Positions 17,231 to 27,457 of a stretch of 64,000 bases of DNA are shown here, piece after piece. How positions within the stretch are numbered: position 1 is the first letter of the stretch; each line of letters begins with the position of its first letter. Origin of the DNA: a virus. The notes below the pieces were generated by a model. It saw only the letters and a list, made by a program, of their open reading frames with translations. It ran no database searches and had not been told where the DNA came from. Location: the IMG/VR virus record IMGVR_UViG_3300020213_000001, one strand, 5' to 3'. A program made the position numbers and the translations under genes.

Positions 17231-18615
17231 TATAAGCCTCCATGACCGTTAGAGCAAGCCTTGTTGTAGCCTTTTATTACTAGAAGACTGCCGAAATTTG
17301 CGCCATTTCCTAACGTAGCTATCGTAACTTGTTCAAGAACGGCGGAGTGGCCGCCGCCGCCGGAAATACGGCCCCCAGCAAAAAAGCCCTTAATAGTGCT
17401 AGATGCTGCTGCCAAGTTCATTTTAGCTTCTGTTAGTGTTCCAAATGTGGCGGAGTTTGCAGTAGTAGCGATGGTAAGGTACTCGATGTGATTGTAATAT
17501 GTTCCGCCTGCACCCGGATCGTAATATCCACCACCTATTAGGCCTCTGGTACTTGACGAACACCCCGCCATCCAAGTTTTTATCTGAGTTATGTTTCCAA
17601 AACTTGTGGCATTTCCGGTAGTCGCAATAGTTACGTAATCAATAGTGGTGTAATAAGTAGTGTTATTCTGTCCTCCAGACCAAACACCTCTGGTTGGTGA
17701 AGCCAACGCAGCGGCAGCCTCTCTAGATACGGTCAAATCTCCAAAATCAATTGCATTTCCGGTACTAGCAATGCTTATATAGTCGATGATGTTAACATAT
17801 GTTGAGGTATAACCCCCGCCAAATAAACCTCTGGTAGAAGAGGAACAACCTCCAGCGCCTACCCTACCAACTGTAAGGTTACCGAACGAAACCGAGTTTC
17901 CGGTAATGGCGAAAGTAATGTATTCGATTAAAATCAAAGAGCCAGAACCACCGGCAGCAATTATTCCCCTAGTCCTACTTGCGCAAGTTCCGTAGTCAAA
18001 TTTTCCAGTTGTTGACAGTGCCCCAAAGCTAACAGAGCTGGCTGGAGCGGTCATGTTGAAATACTCTAAGGTGTTTTCAGTCACCCCACTATAACCAGTA
18101 CCTACCACCATTCTTGAAACGGGGGCGGCACCGTTAAAATAAGCAACACGAACCCAGTCTGTTCCATCAGATGTAAACGAAATAGAGTTATAATTGGTTT
18201 TAATAAAATCTAGACCTGCGATACCATCAATTTTAGTCGCGTCACTAGTCAAGATGATTATGTTATTAGTAGCAGAAACCCCACCGACATCTTTAATGGT
18301 GACGTTAAAATCAGCCACAACTGCTGGAAGAGTTATGGTAACAGGATTAGAAGTACTGTCAACGTTTATAACCTTACCTTTATCGCTAGATAAAACGGTA
18401 TAGTCTGCTGTTTTAGTAGAAGAAGCACCTTCAGACACTATACCACCGGAGCCGCTTCCGCCTATTACCCAAGCACCACTTTTGTATTGCCACAATCCAA
18501 CTGCACGAATGGTACCGTCAGAGAAGTAAAAATCTCCGTCTACTGGCGTAGATGGGTCTGTTGCTTGCGGAACAAGGGTTATTCCTTTATTTATTCTTTG
18601 AAAGTTATTAGCCAT
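17230..18615 (-). CDS. Fibre/receptor-binding protein paralog B
   Basis: Same N-terminal anchor and repeats as paralog A. Confidence 0.75.
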   Translation of the reverse strand: MANNFQRINKGITLVPQATDPSTPVDGDFYFSDGTIRAVGLWQYKSGAWVIGGSGSGGIVSEGASSTKTADYTVLSSDKGKVINVDSTSNPVTITLPAVVADFNVTIKDVGGVSATNNIIILTSDATKIDGIAGLDFIKTNYNSISFTSDGTDWVRVAYFNGAAPVSRMVVGTGYSGVTENTLEYFNMTAPASSVSFGALSTTGKFDYGTCASRTRGIIAAGGSGSLILIEYITFAITGNSVSFGNLTVGRVGAGGCSSSTRGLFGGGYTSTYVNIIDYISIASTGNAIDFGDLTVSREAAAALASPTRGVWSGGQNNTTYYTTIDYVTIATTGNATSFGNITQIKTWMAGCSSSTRGLIGGGYYDPGAGGTYYNHIEYLTIATTANSATFGTLTEAKMNLAAASSTIKGFFAGGRISGGGGHSAVLEQVTIATLGNGANFGSLLVIKGYNKACSNGHGGL

Positions 18616-20393
18616 TATAGTCCACCATGTACGTTAGAGCAGCCACCAAAAGCTCTTCTAGCGACGGTTAAATTTCCAAAATTAGTAGAATTTCCTAGAG
18701 AAGCAATAGTAAAAAATCCCATAGTTAACGAAGCAACTGCACCGTCAAGACCACCGGCAAATACGGCTCTTAATGGACTAGCACATCCTGCCAACTGTGT
18801 TCTTGTTGCGGACAAATTGCCAAAATTGATAGCATTTGCCGCAGTAGCTATGGTTATATAGTCTACGTTAATAACACCCGAGGCACCACCACCACCAAAT
18901 AAACCTCTGGTAGAAGAAGAAGCTCCGCACTCGTAATTTCTAGAGCCCGTCAGGTTGCCAAAGCTAATCGCGTTGCCAGTGGTAGCTATAGTAACGTAAT
19001 CCATAACTGCGGTTTCAGAACCAGCAATACCACCCGCAAATACACCGCGCGTAGTAGAGGATAATGCTCCTGTACCTGACCTAGCAAGGGTTAAGTTTCC
19101 AAAGTTAGTGGCGTTACCGACTGTAGCAAAAGTTACGTAGTCTATTGTATTCCTTACAACGGCGGCGGCATCTCCTCCACCAGCGACGCCACGAGTAGAA
19201 CTACCACACCCGGCGACATATAGCCTAGCCACAGTGAGTGTACCGAAGGAAACTGCGTTTGCTAGTGTTGCAAAAGACACATAATCTATTAAGTTTGAGT
19301 CAGAACCAGTAGAGCCGCCGATAAATAACGCACGCAATGAACTGGAATGTGCACCTAACTGTACCCTACCGGTAGATAAGGAGCCGAATGAAGTCGCATT
19401 TGAAGCCGTAGGTATAGTTATATGATCTATAACTACCGAGTTAGTTGGGATACCGCCTCCAAACAAACCTCTAGATAAGGGGCTACTACCGTTAAACCTT
19501 GCAACCCTAAACCAATTAGTTCCGTCAGAAACTAATGTTACGGCTGAAAAGTTAGTCTCTATAAGTTCAATTGTAGTTGAAATCCCGTCTAAATTTCCAG
19601 ACAGAATTACATGTATTTTGTTTGTAGCTGAAGTTCCCTTGTAGTCCTTGATAGTGGCTATGAATTTATCAGTAGGAGCCGGTAGGATCACTTCAATTGC
19701 ACCGGCAGAGGTGTCTATGTTTATAATTTTGCCATTATCTGTAGTTAAAACAGTATACGGGTTTATGGTGGTTTCTTTGATTGATATGTTGTCAAATTGC
19801 AAAGTAACAGGATCGCCGCCGTTATATAGCTGTATGAAAACATTCGAAGATAAGGCTGTAAATACACCCGTTGAAGTTACCCAGCCGGTAGTCGAATTTG
19901 TGGCAGAAAAAAGCAGAGTGCCGCTATTATTAGCACCGTTATAAACATTAATTGTCGTGTTTCCAGTTCCACTAACCATTCTAGAATCGGCAGAAAATGT
20001 GTATATTACTCCGGTTGCTAGAGAGGTAAGGGCTTGAGTAGCAGGTCCGCCGCCAGCGCTGTAGGTTTGCTGAATGACACCCGCAGTCCATGAGTTGTTA
20101 GACCCTAGAGTCCACCCGGTCGCATTGATATCTAAAGTACCGTTTGTAACTAATTCTGAACCACTGGTTACATACCCAAGAAGTGTTCGGTCTTTAGTGC
20201 TGCTAACTCCGCCGCTTCCAATGCCTCCGCTTCCAACAATAGAGGCCCAAGCACCACTTTTGTATTGCCATAGTCCAACTGCACGAATGGTACCGTCAGA
20301 GAAGTAAAAATCTCCGTCTACTGGCGTAGATGGGTCTGTTGCTTGCGGTTGCAATACAAGCCCTCTACTTCTTTGTTGAAAATCTATAGCCAT
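18615..20393 (-). CDS. Fibre/receptor-binding protein paralog C with inserted carbohydrate-binding-like domain
   Basis: Same architecture plus ELVTNGT...GW...FDNISIKE insert. Confidence 0.75.
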   Translation of the reverse strand: MAIDFQQRSRGLVLQPQATDPSTPVDGDFYFSDGTIRAVGLWQYKSGAWASIVGSGGIGSGGVSSTKDRTLLGYVTSGSELVTNGTLDINATGWTLGSNNSWTAGVIQQTYSAGGGPATQALTSLATGVIYTFSADSRMVSGTGNTTINVYNGANNSGTLLFSATNSTTGWVTSTGVFTALSSNVFIQLYNGGDPVTLQFDNISIKETTINPYTVLTTDNGKIINIDTSAGAIEVILPAPTDKFIATIKDYKGTSATNKIHVILSGNLDGISTTIELIETNFSAVTLVSDGTNWFRVARFNGSSPLSRGLFGGGIPTNSVVIDHITIPTASNATSFGSLSTGRVQLGAHSSSLRALFIGGSTGSDSNLIDYVSFATLANAVSFGTLTVARLYVAGCGSSTRGVAGGGDAAAVVRNTIDYVTFATVGNATNFGNLTLARSGTGALSSTTRGVFAGGIAGSETAVMDYVTIATTGNAISFGNLTGSRNYECGASSSTRGLFGGGGASGVINVDYITIATAANAINFGNLSATRTQLAGCASPLRAVFAGGLDGAVASLTMGFFTIASLGNSTNFGNLTVARRAFGGCSNVHGGL

Positions 20394-20431
20394 TGTTTTC
20401 CTGTAATACTATAATACCACTCATTTAAAAA

Positions 20432-22762
20432 TTAGGTCTTTATGCGCTTTACGTCTGCCCTAAGCGTTGCCGTGTTTGCTCCAGATGAGTAGCGAATATT
20501 TACGTTTGCTCCATTTACTATAGCGTCAAAGGTAACTCCAGTAGAAGCAGTTTGATTGCCGGTTTCTACTACGCTAATGTTAGTTCCATTTGTAACGACA
20601 GATATTTTAGCAATCCTAACATTGTTTGTAGTTGCCTCTTTAACCTTATAGTGCATTTCAAACCCCTCATACGATGCATGTGCAAACGTTAGTGAAGCAA
20701 TAACTGTGTTGGTCTGAGAAGCTGATAGGGCGATGCTGTGAAAATATTCTTCTTGTAGGAAGTCAGAATTTGAGGAACCTCTCTGTAACCCACCGGAACT
20801 ATGTACTAAAACATTTGCCCCAAGTGTCATATCCCCGCCTAGAGTAGCCGCCCCAATGTTTGGAGTTACTAGAGTTGGGGAGGTGTTCATTACAAAAGTG
20901 CTTCCAGTTCCTGTCTGAGCACCTACGGCCGTAGCGTTTCCTGTTGAAGTGATGGGGCCGGTTAGGTTGGCGTTGGTGGCATTGTTTCCATTGAGTTTTT
21001 CAATAGCCTGTAGAATTGTGTCTGTTGCAGCTACAGTGCCAGCACCAGATGCGTATCCTGTTAAAACCTTACCTATCACTACAGAGTTGGGGACAGTGGC
21101 AGCGTTATTTATTGTGGTTACGTCTCCCGTGAGAACTGTTAGGTAATCAGCACCCGCTGTTGCTGCAGATATAGCCGTTCCATCTCCCTTTAGAACACCA
21201 GTAATCGTTGTGGAAAGAGTTAAAGCCGGGGTTGCCCCACCAGAGCTAGATCCAGCAAAACCATTAGCGCTAGATACAGAAACAGCAGTTACCGTTCCAG
21301 TACCGGCAGGGGACCAGGACCCGTCTGCTCTTAGGAAATTAGCTGTACCACCGCCACTTAGTGGAGCGATACCAGGCTGTGTAGCTGTAAATTGCTGCAA
21401 AGCCAAAGCCTGACCTGTTAATATAGCGCCTTTTGCGTCTCCGGTGACTCCCGCTGCAGAAAGAGTGATGTCTCCGCTATTTGTACCGGATAGGTTGGCT
21501 ACCGCACCGTTTGCTAGCATAGCGTTAGAAATAGCACCGTTTGCAATATCTGTAGCGTTTCCTGTTGAGGTAACAGGGCCGGTTAGGTTGGCGTTGGTTG
21601 TAACTGTTCCAGAGGTTAGTCCAGAGGCAGTTCCAGTAATGTTGGTACCCACCAAGGCAGACGGAGTGCCAAGGTCGGGAGTTACTAGTGTAGGTGAGGT
21701 GGCAAAGACCAAAGACCCTGAGCCAGTTTCGTCGGAAATAACCCCTGCAAGCTGAGCAGATGTGGTTGCGGCAAACTGAGCTAGTGTTCCACCTGTTAGC
21801 GACCTAGTGTCAATATCACTTTGTAGTTCGTTAAGTGCTAGTTGTACAGTAATTGCTGCTAGGTTTCCAGAAGGTGCGTTTGTAATTTTTGAAGCTGTGT
21901 AGTCACCGTTTTCGGCTGTAACAACTCCCTGTCTATTAAACACAGACATAACTGCATCGGAACCAGGTGTTTTTTGCCAAACAGTGCCGGAATACATAAT
22001 AAGATCGCCAATACCAAAGTTTAGCGATATTGAATCAAAAGTTTGTGTGCCAGCTACGTTAACCCTATAGGTATCTCCTGCATTTCCAACGCCATCTGAC
22101 AAAGAAGGGCTGTTGGTGGTTGCATTCCACTGCCCTTGGAATTCCATAACAGTGTTTGGCAATTGAGAGGCCGGTACTTTGCCGCCGCCGTCTAGGGTGG
22201 CGATTCCGCTAGAAACACCTAGTTGGTCAAACCTAAGAGCGTCTCCATTAGCAGTTGGGTTTCCCAATCCAGTAAGCTTAAATCCACCCATCGACTGATT
22301 AGCAGCGAATGCGTTTACGCCGCTTGCTAAGATGGCTTGTTCGTACCTTACTGAATCACCGGCCGAAGTGCCATTGCCCAATCCAGTAAGCTTAAAAGTA
22401 CCCATCGGTTGATTAGCTGTAAAACCTCTAGAGCCGTCTTTCAAGATAGAATTATTAACATCTATTAGATTAACGTTGGCATCTGCCATTGTAACTGTTC
22501 TAGTAGTTGCTGTTGCTACGCTAGAAACATCAAACGCTAAAATTTTAGTCGCATCTGCTAGGTTTTTAACGTTAAAAGAATCATCAAAAAAACTAGAGGT
22601 TGCTGAAGCACCTGTAACTATAGTTGTAAAGGAACCGTTTTCCCTTAAGATTAGCCTGTGGGTGGAGCTATTGTAATAGATAAGTCCATTGCCGGTGTCA
22701 GAGGGGTCGGCGGCTAAAGAGCCGACTTTTATTGGACCGCTAACTTCAAATGTGCCTGACAT
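20432..22762 (-). CDS. Tail fibre / virion structural protein
   Basis: G/T/A/S-rich; internal repeats ANLTGPxTSTGNAT and ANQxMGxFKLTGLGN; SVFNRQGVV fibre motif. Confidence 0.75.
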   Translation of the reverse strand: MSGTFEVSGPIKVGSLAADPSDTGNGLIYYNSSTHRLILRENGSFTTIVTGASATSSFFDDSFNVKNLADATKILAFDVSSVATATTRTVTMADANVNLIDVNNSILKDGSRGFTANQPMGTFKLTGLGNGTSAGDSVRYEQAILASGVNAFAANQSMGGFKLTGLGNPTANGDALRFDQLGVSSGIATLDGGGKVPASQLPNTVMEFQGQWNATTNSPSLSDGVGNAGDTYRVNVAGTQTFDSISLNFGIGDLIMYSGTVWQKTPGSDAVMSVFNRQGVVTAENGDYTASKITNAPSGNLAAITVQLALNELQSDIDTRSLTGGTLAQFAATTSAQLAGVISDETGSGSLVFATSPTLVTPDLGTPSALVGTNITGTASGLTSGTVTTNANLTGPVTSTGNATDIANGAISNAMLANGAVANLSGTNSGDITLSAAGVTGDAKGAILTGQALALQQFTATQPGIAPLSGGGTANFLRADGSWSPAGTGTVTAVSVSSANGFAGSSSGGATPALTLSTTITGVLKGDGTAISAATAGADYLTVLTGDVTTINNAATVPNSVVIGKVLTGYASGAGTVAATDTILQAIEKLNGNNATNANLTGPITSTGNATAVGAQTGTGSTFVMNTSPTLVTPNIGAATLGGDMTLGANVLVHSSGGLQRGSSNSDFLQEEYFHSIALSASQTNTVIASLTFAHASYEGFEMHYKVKEATTNNVRIAKISVVTNGTNISVVETGNQTASTGVTFDAIVNGANVNIRYSSGANTATLRADVKRIKT

Positions 22763-22775
22763 AGAATTTTACCCC

Positions 22776-22817
22776 TGTTGATTATATACTTTGTTGATTA
22801 TATACTTTGTTGATTAT
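22776..22817. repeat. Tandem 16-bp repeat x2.6 (tgttgattatatactt)
   Basis: Units at 22776-22791 and 22792-22807, partial unit 22808-22817; each reads TATAAT on -. Confidence 0.9.
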
Positions 22818-25800
22818 GCCCATCTTCTCATTGAGGCCTTGAACGTTCCTGAAAAACCTGTGCTAGAAGATGTGTACTGTAAAAGAATGTCTCCCGCTGA
22901 GAAAACCGCCGTTAGTGGAATTGCTGCACCATTTATCCCCACACCGCCGGTAGGTGTAGATGTGTCTGTAAAGAATGCTGTAGCTCCATCGTGAGTGACG
23001 GTTATAGTTCCAACCCTTCTCTGTCCATTTCTTACGATTGAGTAATCAACTATTGCAAATGGATAAAGTGTGGCGTCGTAAGTAGCTAAGGTATCTGCAG
23101 CGACTTGATTGTCATTAATCGTTAGTGGAGCTGATAGTCTCCCTATATTTAGCCCGTTTAATGAAATTTGCTTTCCTGCGTTATCCCAAGTGAAATTAGA
23201 ATCAGCTTCTAGGAAACCACCGGTACCGTTAAACTGAACTTCAGTTATATTACCCGCTGCTAATGCTCCGCCTACTGCTGATCCAGAATAATTAGGCAAT
23301 CCTCCAGGACCACCAGAACTGTCTGACCATCTCTTAACAGAATAATTAATTAGCCCATCAATCCCTGAGTTGCTAGCCGTGTATCTTAGTCTTACGGTTG
23401 ATCCTGAAATATCTGCAAATAAATTAACCCCGGTATCACCGATAAATGCACTGGTTTTAGGATGGCTGATATCTGTTCCGTCAGTCGTTATTACGATACT
23501 GCCGGTTTCTTTGTTTACGCCTCTGACTACTGAGAAGTCAATAATCATGTTTTCAGAGCCAGCATAGTTAACTACAAAGATATTATCAGTTGTATTATCT
23601 ATGATATCTGTTATCTTTAAAGAACTCTGCTCGTAATAATTAGCGCCGCTGAAGTAGCGAACATAGTCGTTAAAATTAAAGGAAGATGTTGAATCGTTAT
23701 AAACACCCGCAGTTCCTTCAAACCCAGCACCTTCGGTAGCCCTAACAATCTCACCACCTACCGGGTCTATTCCGTTTTCAAAGATATCTTGAGCGGCCCA
23801 CGCAAGAGCAACACCAACTCCTGAGACTTTATAAGCACGGTTGTTATTTACAGCTAGATTAGTAAACAACACAATATCATCGTCGGCAATCGTCACGTCA
23901 TCAATTACAGCACTTACACCTGCGGGAAGGGTGGTGGAGACAGGGTCAATGAGATTTACCTTAGCTTCGCCTGAGCCGGAGCCGGAGCCGCCGGAGCCGC
24001 CTATAACACCTAGTTGAAGAATGTGATCAGATTCAATATCATCCATCACACCAGCGGTATCAGTGATTAGAACCTGACCAAGAGCAATCCCTTTGGTGTA
24101 TTTAGCTTTAGGAGCATTGGCTACAACGGCTTCAGACGTGGAGGCTGGAACTACAGAAATAGTAGCTGTTATTTCGTTTTCTGAATTTGAAATGCTTGAG
24201 GTAAGGGTGACTGCGTACCAAATCGATTCTCCTGCGGGCAAGGCGAACGGAGTAAAGTTTACACCTAAAGCGGTTACCCCGTCTGACTTGAATACATCAC
24301 CAGTTGTAAAATCAACAACAGCACCCTCAAAGGAGAGTACCAAGTTCTTCATTGACTGGGTAAGTGTGATGCCGCTAGCAAGAATCGCGTCTGCACCGCT
24401 AATACGAACGGAGTCGCTTAGGGTTTCATGAGGAGTGATGCGCAATTGAGACAAAGAAGCAGCGGCAGCAGTGGCAACGCTGTAAAGAGACTTGTCTAGA
24501 GATTTAATCCCTTTAGTTAGGTTATCACCGTCAGTTAGGTAGTGATTAACTTCAGGAACAACAGTAGCGTTTGTGTAATCTGGAGTACTGTCGCCGTCTC
24601 CTGAACTTCCAGTGTATTGAAGTACCGCTAGAGGTACTCCGTCTGAAATATGAAGGCTCTCGCCCTGTTCTAGCTCTGCACCTAGGAAACGTACATATAC
24701 CCTTGGGATACCGCCATTGTCGTCTCTGAACATTAGCCAGTAAGTATTTGCATCAAATGGAACATCTTGTCTTGCTGCAATCTTGATGTGTCGGTCAGTT
24801 GATGGAGCTGCGTTTGTGCGATAATTGCCGTATGCGTATTTAGCGTCAATACCGTTGATACCGGTAGATGTTCCAGTGAATACTGTCTTAAGGGTAACTT
24901 GACTTGTAGAGTCAATACTTAAAATCTGATAGTATTCCGTATCTTCATCAGAGCCAACCTTAATAAAATCATCTGCCTCTAGTAGGGTGGTCCAGGAGAC
25001 TGAGCCTACAGATGTTACTACTCCAGAGCCGTTTGTGAAAATAAGCTGTGGAGTTATGTCTTGATTACGAATAATATTAATATAGGCAGCTTGGCCGTCT
25101 GCTAGTGTTAGATTAGTACCGGCGGCATATGCCTCTAGCTTATACTTAAGACGAGAGGAAATAACCGTAAGGAAAATATTCTCATCCCAATTCATCTGGC
25201 CAGCGACGGATGAGCTATGGGTGATAGTTCCTTCACCTGTCATGAGAGTATTGGCTACATCGTAACGAAGCCCCGAAATAGAGCCACCAATAGCAGGAGA
25301 ATACCAATAATTAGTACCCTTGAGTAGTTTTATTTCTGTCTTAAGAGCGTCGTCGTTTTCTTTGAAAGAAAGAATCTGCTTATCTCCACCTCTAAAGGGA
25401 GAATTCAAGGAAGACGAACTTTGCCAGTAGTTTTCTACTCTGCCCTCTGAATCGTTAGTCCATGGATAATCATAAAAGGGGTCTGGAGTGCTTACACCTG
25501 CAGTTCCCAATCTGAATAGCATAGGGCGACGATCTTGGACAGATAGTACGTTGTTTGCAGTGTCAGTTTCTACTATAGAGATAGGGATAACGTTAGATGC
25601 GAACAAGGTAGAGGAGATTATGATTTGAAAATCAAGAGTCTCAAGGAAGGGAAGGGTTTTTACTATTTCAGCGCCTACGGTAGGATTCCACAAGTAGGTT
25701 TGAATAGCAGTAGAGTCGTCAACTTGACGAATAAACTCAAGCCCCACATAGTTTAGAGCACTGGGCGTAAACGCACCTACAATTTTAGAATTAGTGGTGG

Positions 25801-26095
25801 ACGATAGGGTTTCATTCGCAGTTCCCTCTCTTACTTGAAAGAATGTACCGGAAGTATTGGATTGTCCATGCAACATGGCAGAACCAGACACAATCATCTG
25901 TAGATTGGAAGCAGACGCCCCAATAGAGCCTGCCATTTCTAGCTCAAAACCGCGAATTACATAAGATTTATTTTCGTTAGTAATGAGTGAGGAGAGTAAC
26001 TCATCGAAATCGTTAGAACCTCCAGACTCAATAGCCCTCATGTGGGGAACGTCCAACCTCATTTGTCCTAAAAAATTTACTCTGGAACGAATCAT
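22814..26095 (-). CDS. Large tail/baseplate-associated structural protein
   Basis: 1093 aa, beta-rich, in the tail module, C-terminal domain resembling that of the 20432 fibre. Confidence 0.7.
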   Translation of the reverse strand: MIRSRVNFLGQMRLDVPHMRAIESGGSNDFDELLSSLITNENKSYVIRGFELEMAGSIGASASNLQMIVSGSAMLHGQSNTSGTFFQVREGTANETLSSTTNSKIVGAFTPSALNYVGLEFIRQVDDSTAIQTYLWNPTVGAEIVKTLPFLETLDFQIIISSTLFASNVIPISIVETDTANNVLSVQDRRPMLFRLGTAGVSTPDPFYDYPWTNDSEGRVENYWQSSSSLNSPFRGGDKQILSFKENDDALKTEIKLLKGTNYWYSPAIGGSISGLRYDVANTLMTGEGTITHSSSVAGQMNWDENIFLTVISSRLKYKLEAYAAGTNLTLADGQAAYINIIRNQDITPQLIFTNGSGVVTSVGSVSWTTLLEADDFIKVGSDEDTEYYQILSIDSTSQVTLKTVFTGTSTGINGIDAKYAYGNYRTNAAPSTDRHIKIAARQDVPFDANTYWLMFRDDNGGIPRVYVRFLGAELEQGESLHISDGVPLAVLQYTGSSGDGDSTPDYTNATVVPEVNHYLTDGDNLTKGIKSLDKSLYSVATAAAASLSQLRITPHETLSDSVRISGADAILASGITLTQSMKNLVLSFEGAVVDFTTGDVFKSDGVTALGVNFTPFALPAGESIWYAVTLTSSISNSENEITATISVVPASTSEAVVANAPKAKYTKGIALGQVLITDTAGVMDDIESDHILQLGVIGGSGGSGSGSGEAKVNLIDPVSTTLPAGVSAVIDDVTIADDDIVLFTNLAVNNNRAYKVSGVGVALAWAAQDIFENGIDPVGGEIVRATEGAGFEGTAGVYNDSTSSFNFNDYVRYFSGANYYEQSSLKITDIIDNTTDNIFVVNYAGSENMIIDFSVVRGVNKETGSIVITTDGTDISHPKTSAFIGDTGVNLFADISGSTVRLRYTASNSGIDGLINYSVKRWSDSSGGPGGLPNYSGSAVGGALAAGNITEVQFNGTGGFLEADSNFTWDNAGKQISLNGLNIGRLSAPLTINDNQVAADTLATYDATLYPFAIVDYSIVRNGQRRVGTITVTHDGATAFFTDTSTPTGGVGINGAAIPLTAVFSAGDILLQYTSSSTGFSGTFKASMRRWA

Positions 26096-26197
26096 GCTAT
26101 AAGTCTTTGATATTGTTGGTTTTTTGTATTAGAAGTTATTTAAAGATTACAATGAACGATATGGTAAAGATTGCGTTTTTATATGTTTATCTATTGT

Positions 26198-26226
26198 TTG
26201 ACTATTTTTTCTGTATAGGTTATAAT
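26198..26226 (+). promoter_or_regulatory. sigma70 promoter of the solo cassette
   Basis: TTGACT 26198-26203, 17 bp, TATAAT 26221-26226. Confidence 0.8.
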
Positions 26227-26247
26227 ACCACTAACAGGAGACAGTTT

Positions 26248-26868
26248 ATGCAAATTAACAAAGAATTCTTGAAAAGCCTTAAACCCTGTGCTGACAGGTA
26301 TAAGGTTTTTCTAGAACACCATGCTGATTTTAGCGGAAGTCTTAATGATTTCCTGGACTTACCTGATCTTGACTACGACGATAAAATTTGGATTGCAAGG
26401 AAGGTATTAATCAGGAATCAACTGGTTAAATGGGCAACGCTATGCGCTGAAAGTGTATTACATATGTTTGAAGATAAGCATCCAGGTGACAAACGCCTTA
26501 GTGATTGCATCAATTTTCTTAAAACCGTTAATAATTTCAATATCTTGACATATGCTCAACTATTAGAGGTTAGTAGACATATAAGCGCTACCAATAGTGC
26601 CCGCTTTGTTTCCAGTGCTGCCTGTGTTTCCAGTGATTCCGCCAGCGCTGCCCTTGCCGTCTATTTTGCCGTCTATGCCGCCAACTATGCCTATGCTACC
26701 TATGCCACCGAAGCTGACTATGCTGCAGCCTATACCGCCCATTATGCCATCGAAGCTGCCACCTATGCCACCGAATCTGCCAAGGATGCCGGTAAAGATG
26801 ATGACGCTGCTCAACAAAATCAAGAAGCTCTTAACATTAAGTTTCTTAAGCAAGTGATTAGTTTGTAA
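26248..26868 (+). CDS. Cassette-family protein copy 8 (solo, antisense to the tail module)
   Basis: AGGAG RBS, MQINKEFLKSLKPCADRY start at 26248. Confidence 0.9.
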   Translation: MQINKEFLKSLKPCADRYKVFLEHHADFSGSLNDFLDLPDLDYDDKIWIARKVLIRNQLVKWATLCAESVLHMFEDKHPGDKRLSDCINFLKTVNNFNILTYAQLLEVSRHISATNSARFVSSAACVSSDSASAALAVYFAVYAANYAYATYATEADYAAAYTAHYAIEAATYATESAKDAGKDDDAAQQNQEALNIKFLKQVISL

Positions 26869-26882
26869 AATAGGAGTTATTT

Positions 26883-27023
26883 ATGAAAGAAAACGTAAAA
26901 TCAAGCACTTACAAAGACGAATGGACAGAACGTGATGCGTTGCCAGAGAATGACGTTTATGGGGATGAAAACCCAACAAAAAACGACAATACTAGCTCAT
27001 GTCAACCGGAGAATAGGGAATAA
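26883..27023 (+). CDS. Small acidic hypothetical peptide (46 aa)
   Basis: AGGAG RBS; MKENVKSSTYKDEW...; overlaps the 3' end of the convergent gene. Confidence 0.4.
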   Translation: MKENVKSSTYKDEWTERDALPENDVYGDENPTKNDNTSSCQPENRE

Positions 27024-27417
27024 TCCCCTTAAACGTAAAAGAAAGTTTAACGGTTCCCTTTGCTTGGATACTCATTGTTTCTGCGCTAACAACACACTGT
27101 GGGATAAATATAATCTTAGTGTCAGACTGGCGCTCTCTTATTTCAAATGAAACATACGGAGCAAAAAGCTTTTGATTAATCTTTGTCAGCGCATCGTGGC
27201 CTTGAAGTCCGCCAGATAGCTTTACAAAAATACCAGAAACAGAGCCCTGAACTGACACTTTAGTGATAGCGATTTCTTGTGGAAAAAAAGAGTCAATTCC
27301 ATATATGAAATCTTGACCGTAATCAACCGTGTAAGAAATGCTTTGAGCCTCTGGGTAAAGCTTACCGCCGATATACAAACTGCACTCGGCCCCTTTTAGT
27401 ACTATTGATTGACTGAT
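26992..27417 (-). CDS. Tail-tube-like / baseplate structural protein, probable ATC start
   Basis: YGIDSFFPQEI, VQGS tube-fold-like pattern; AGGTGG RBS upstream of ATC 27417. Confidence 0.6.
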   Translation of the reverse strand: MSQSIVLKGAECSLYIGGKLYPEAQSISYTVDYGQDFIYGIDSFFPQEIAITKVSVQGSVSGIFVKLSGGLQGHDALTKINQKLFAPYVSFEIRERQSDTKIIFIPQCVVSAETMSIQAKGTVKLSFTFKGIIPYSPVDMS

Positions 27418-27457
27418 AACCCACCACCTGTATTTTTGTAAAAAATCATACTGTTCC

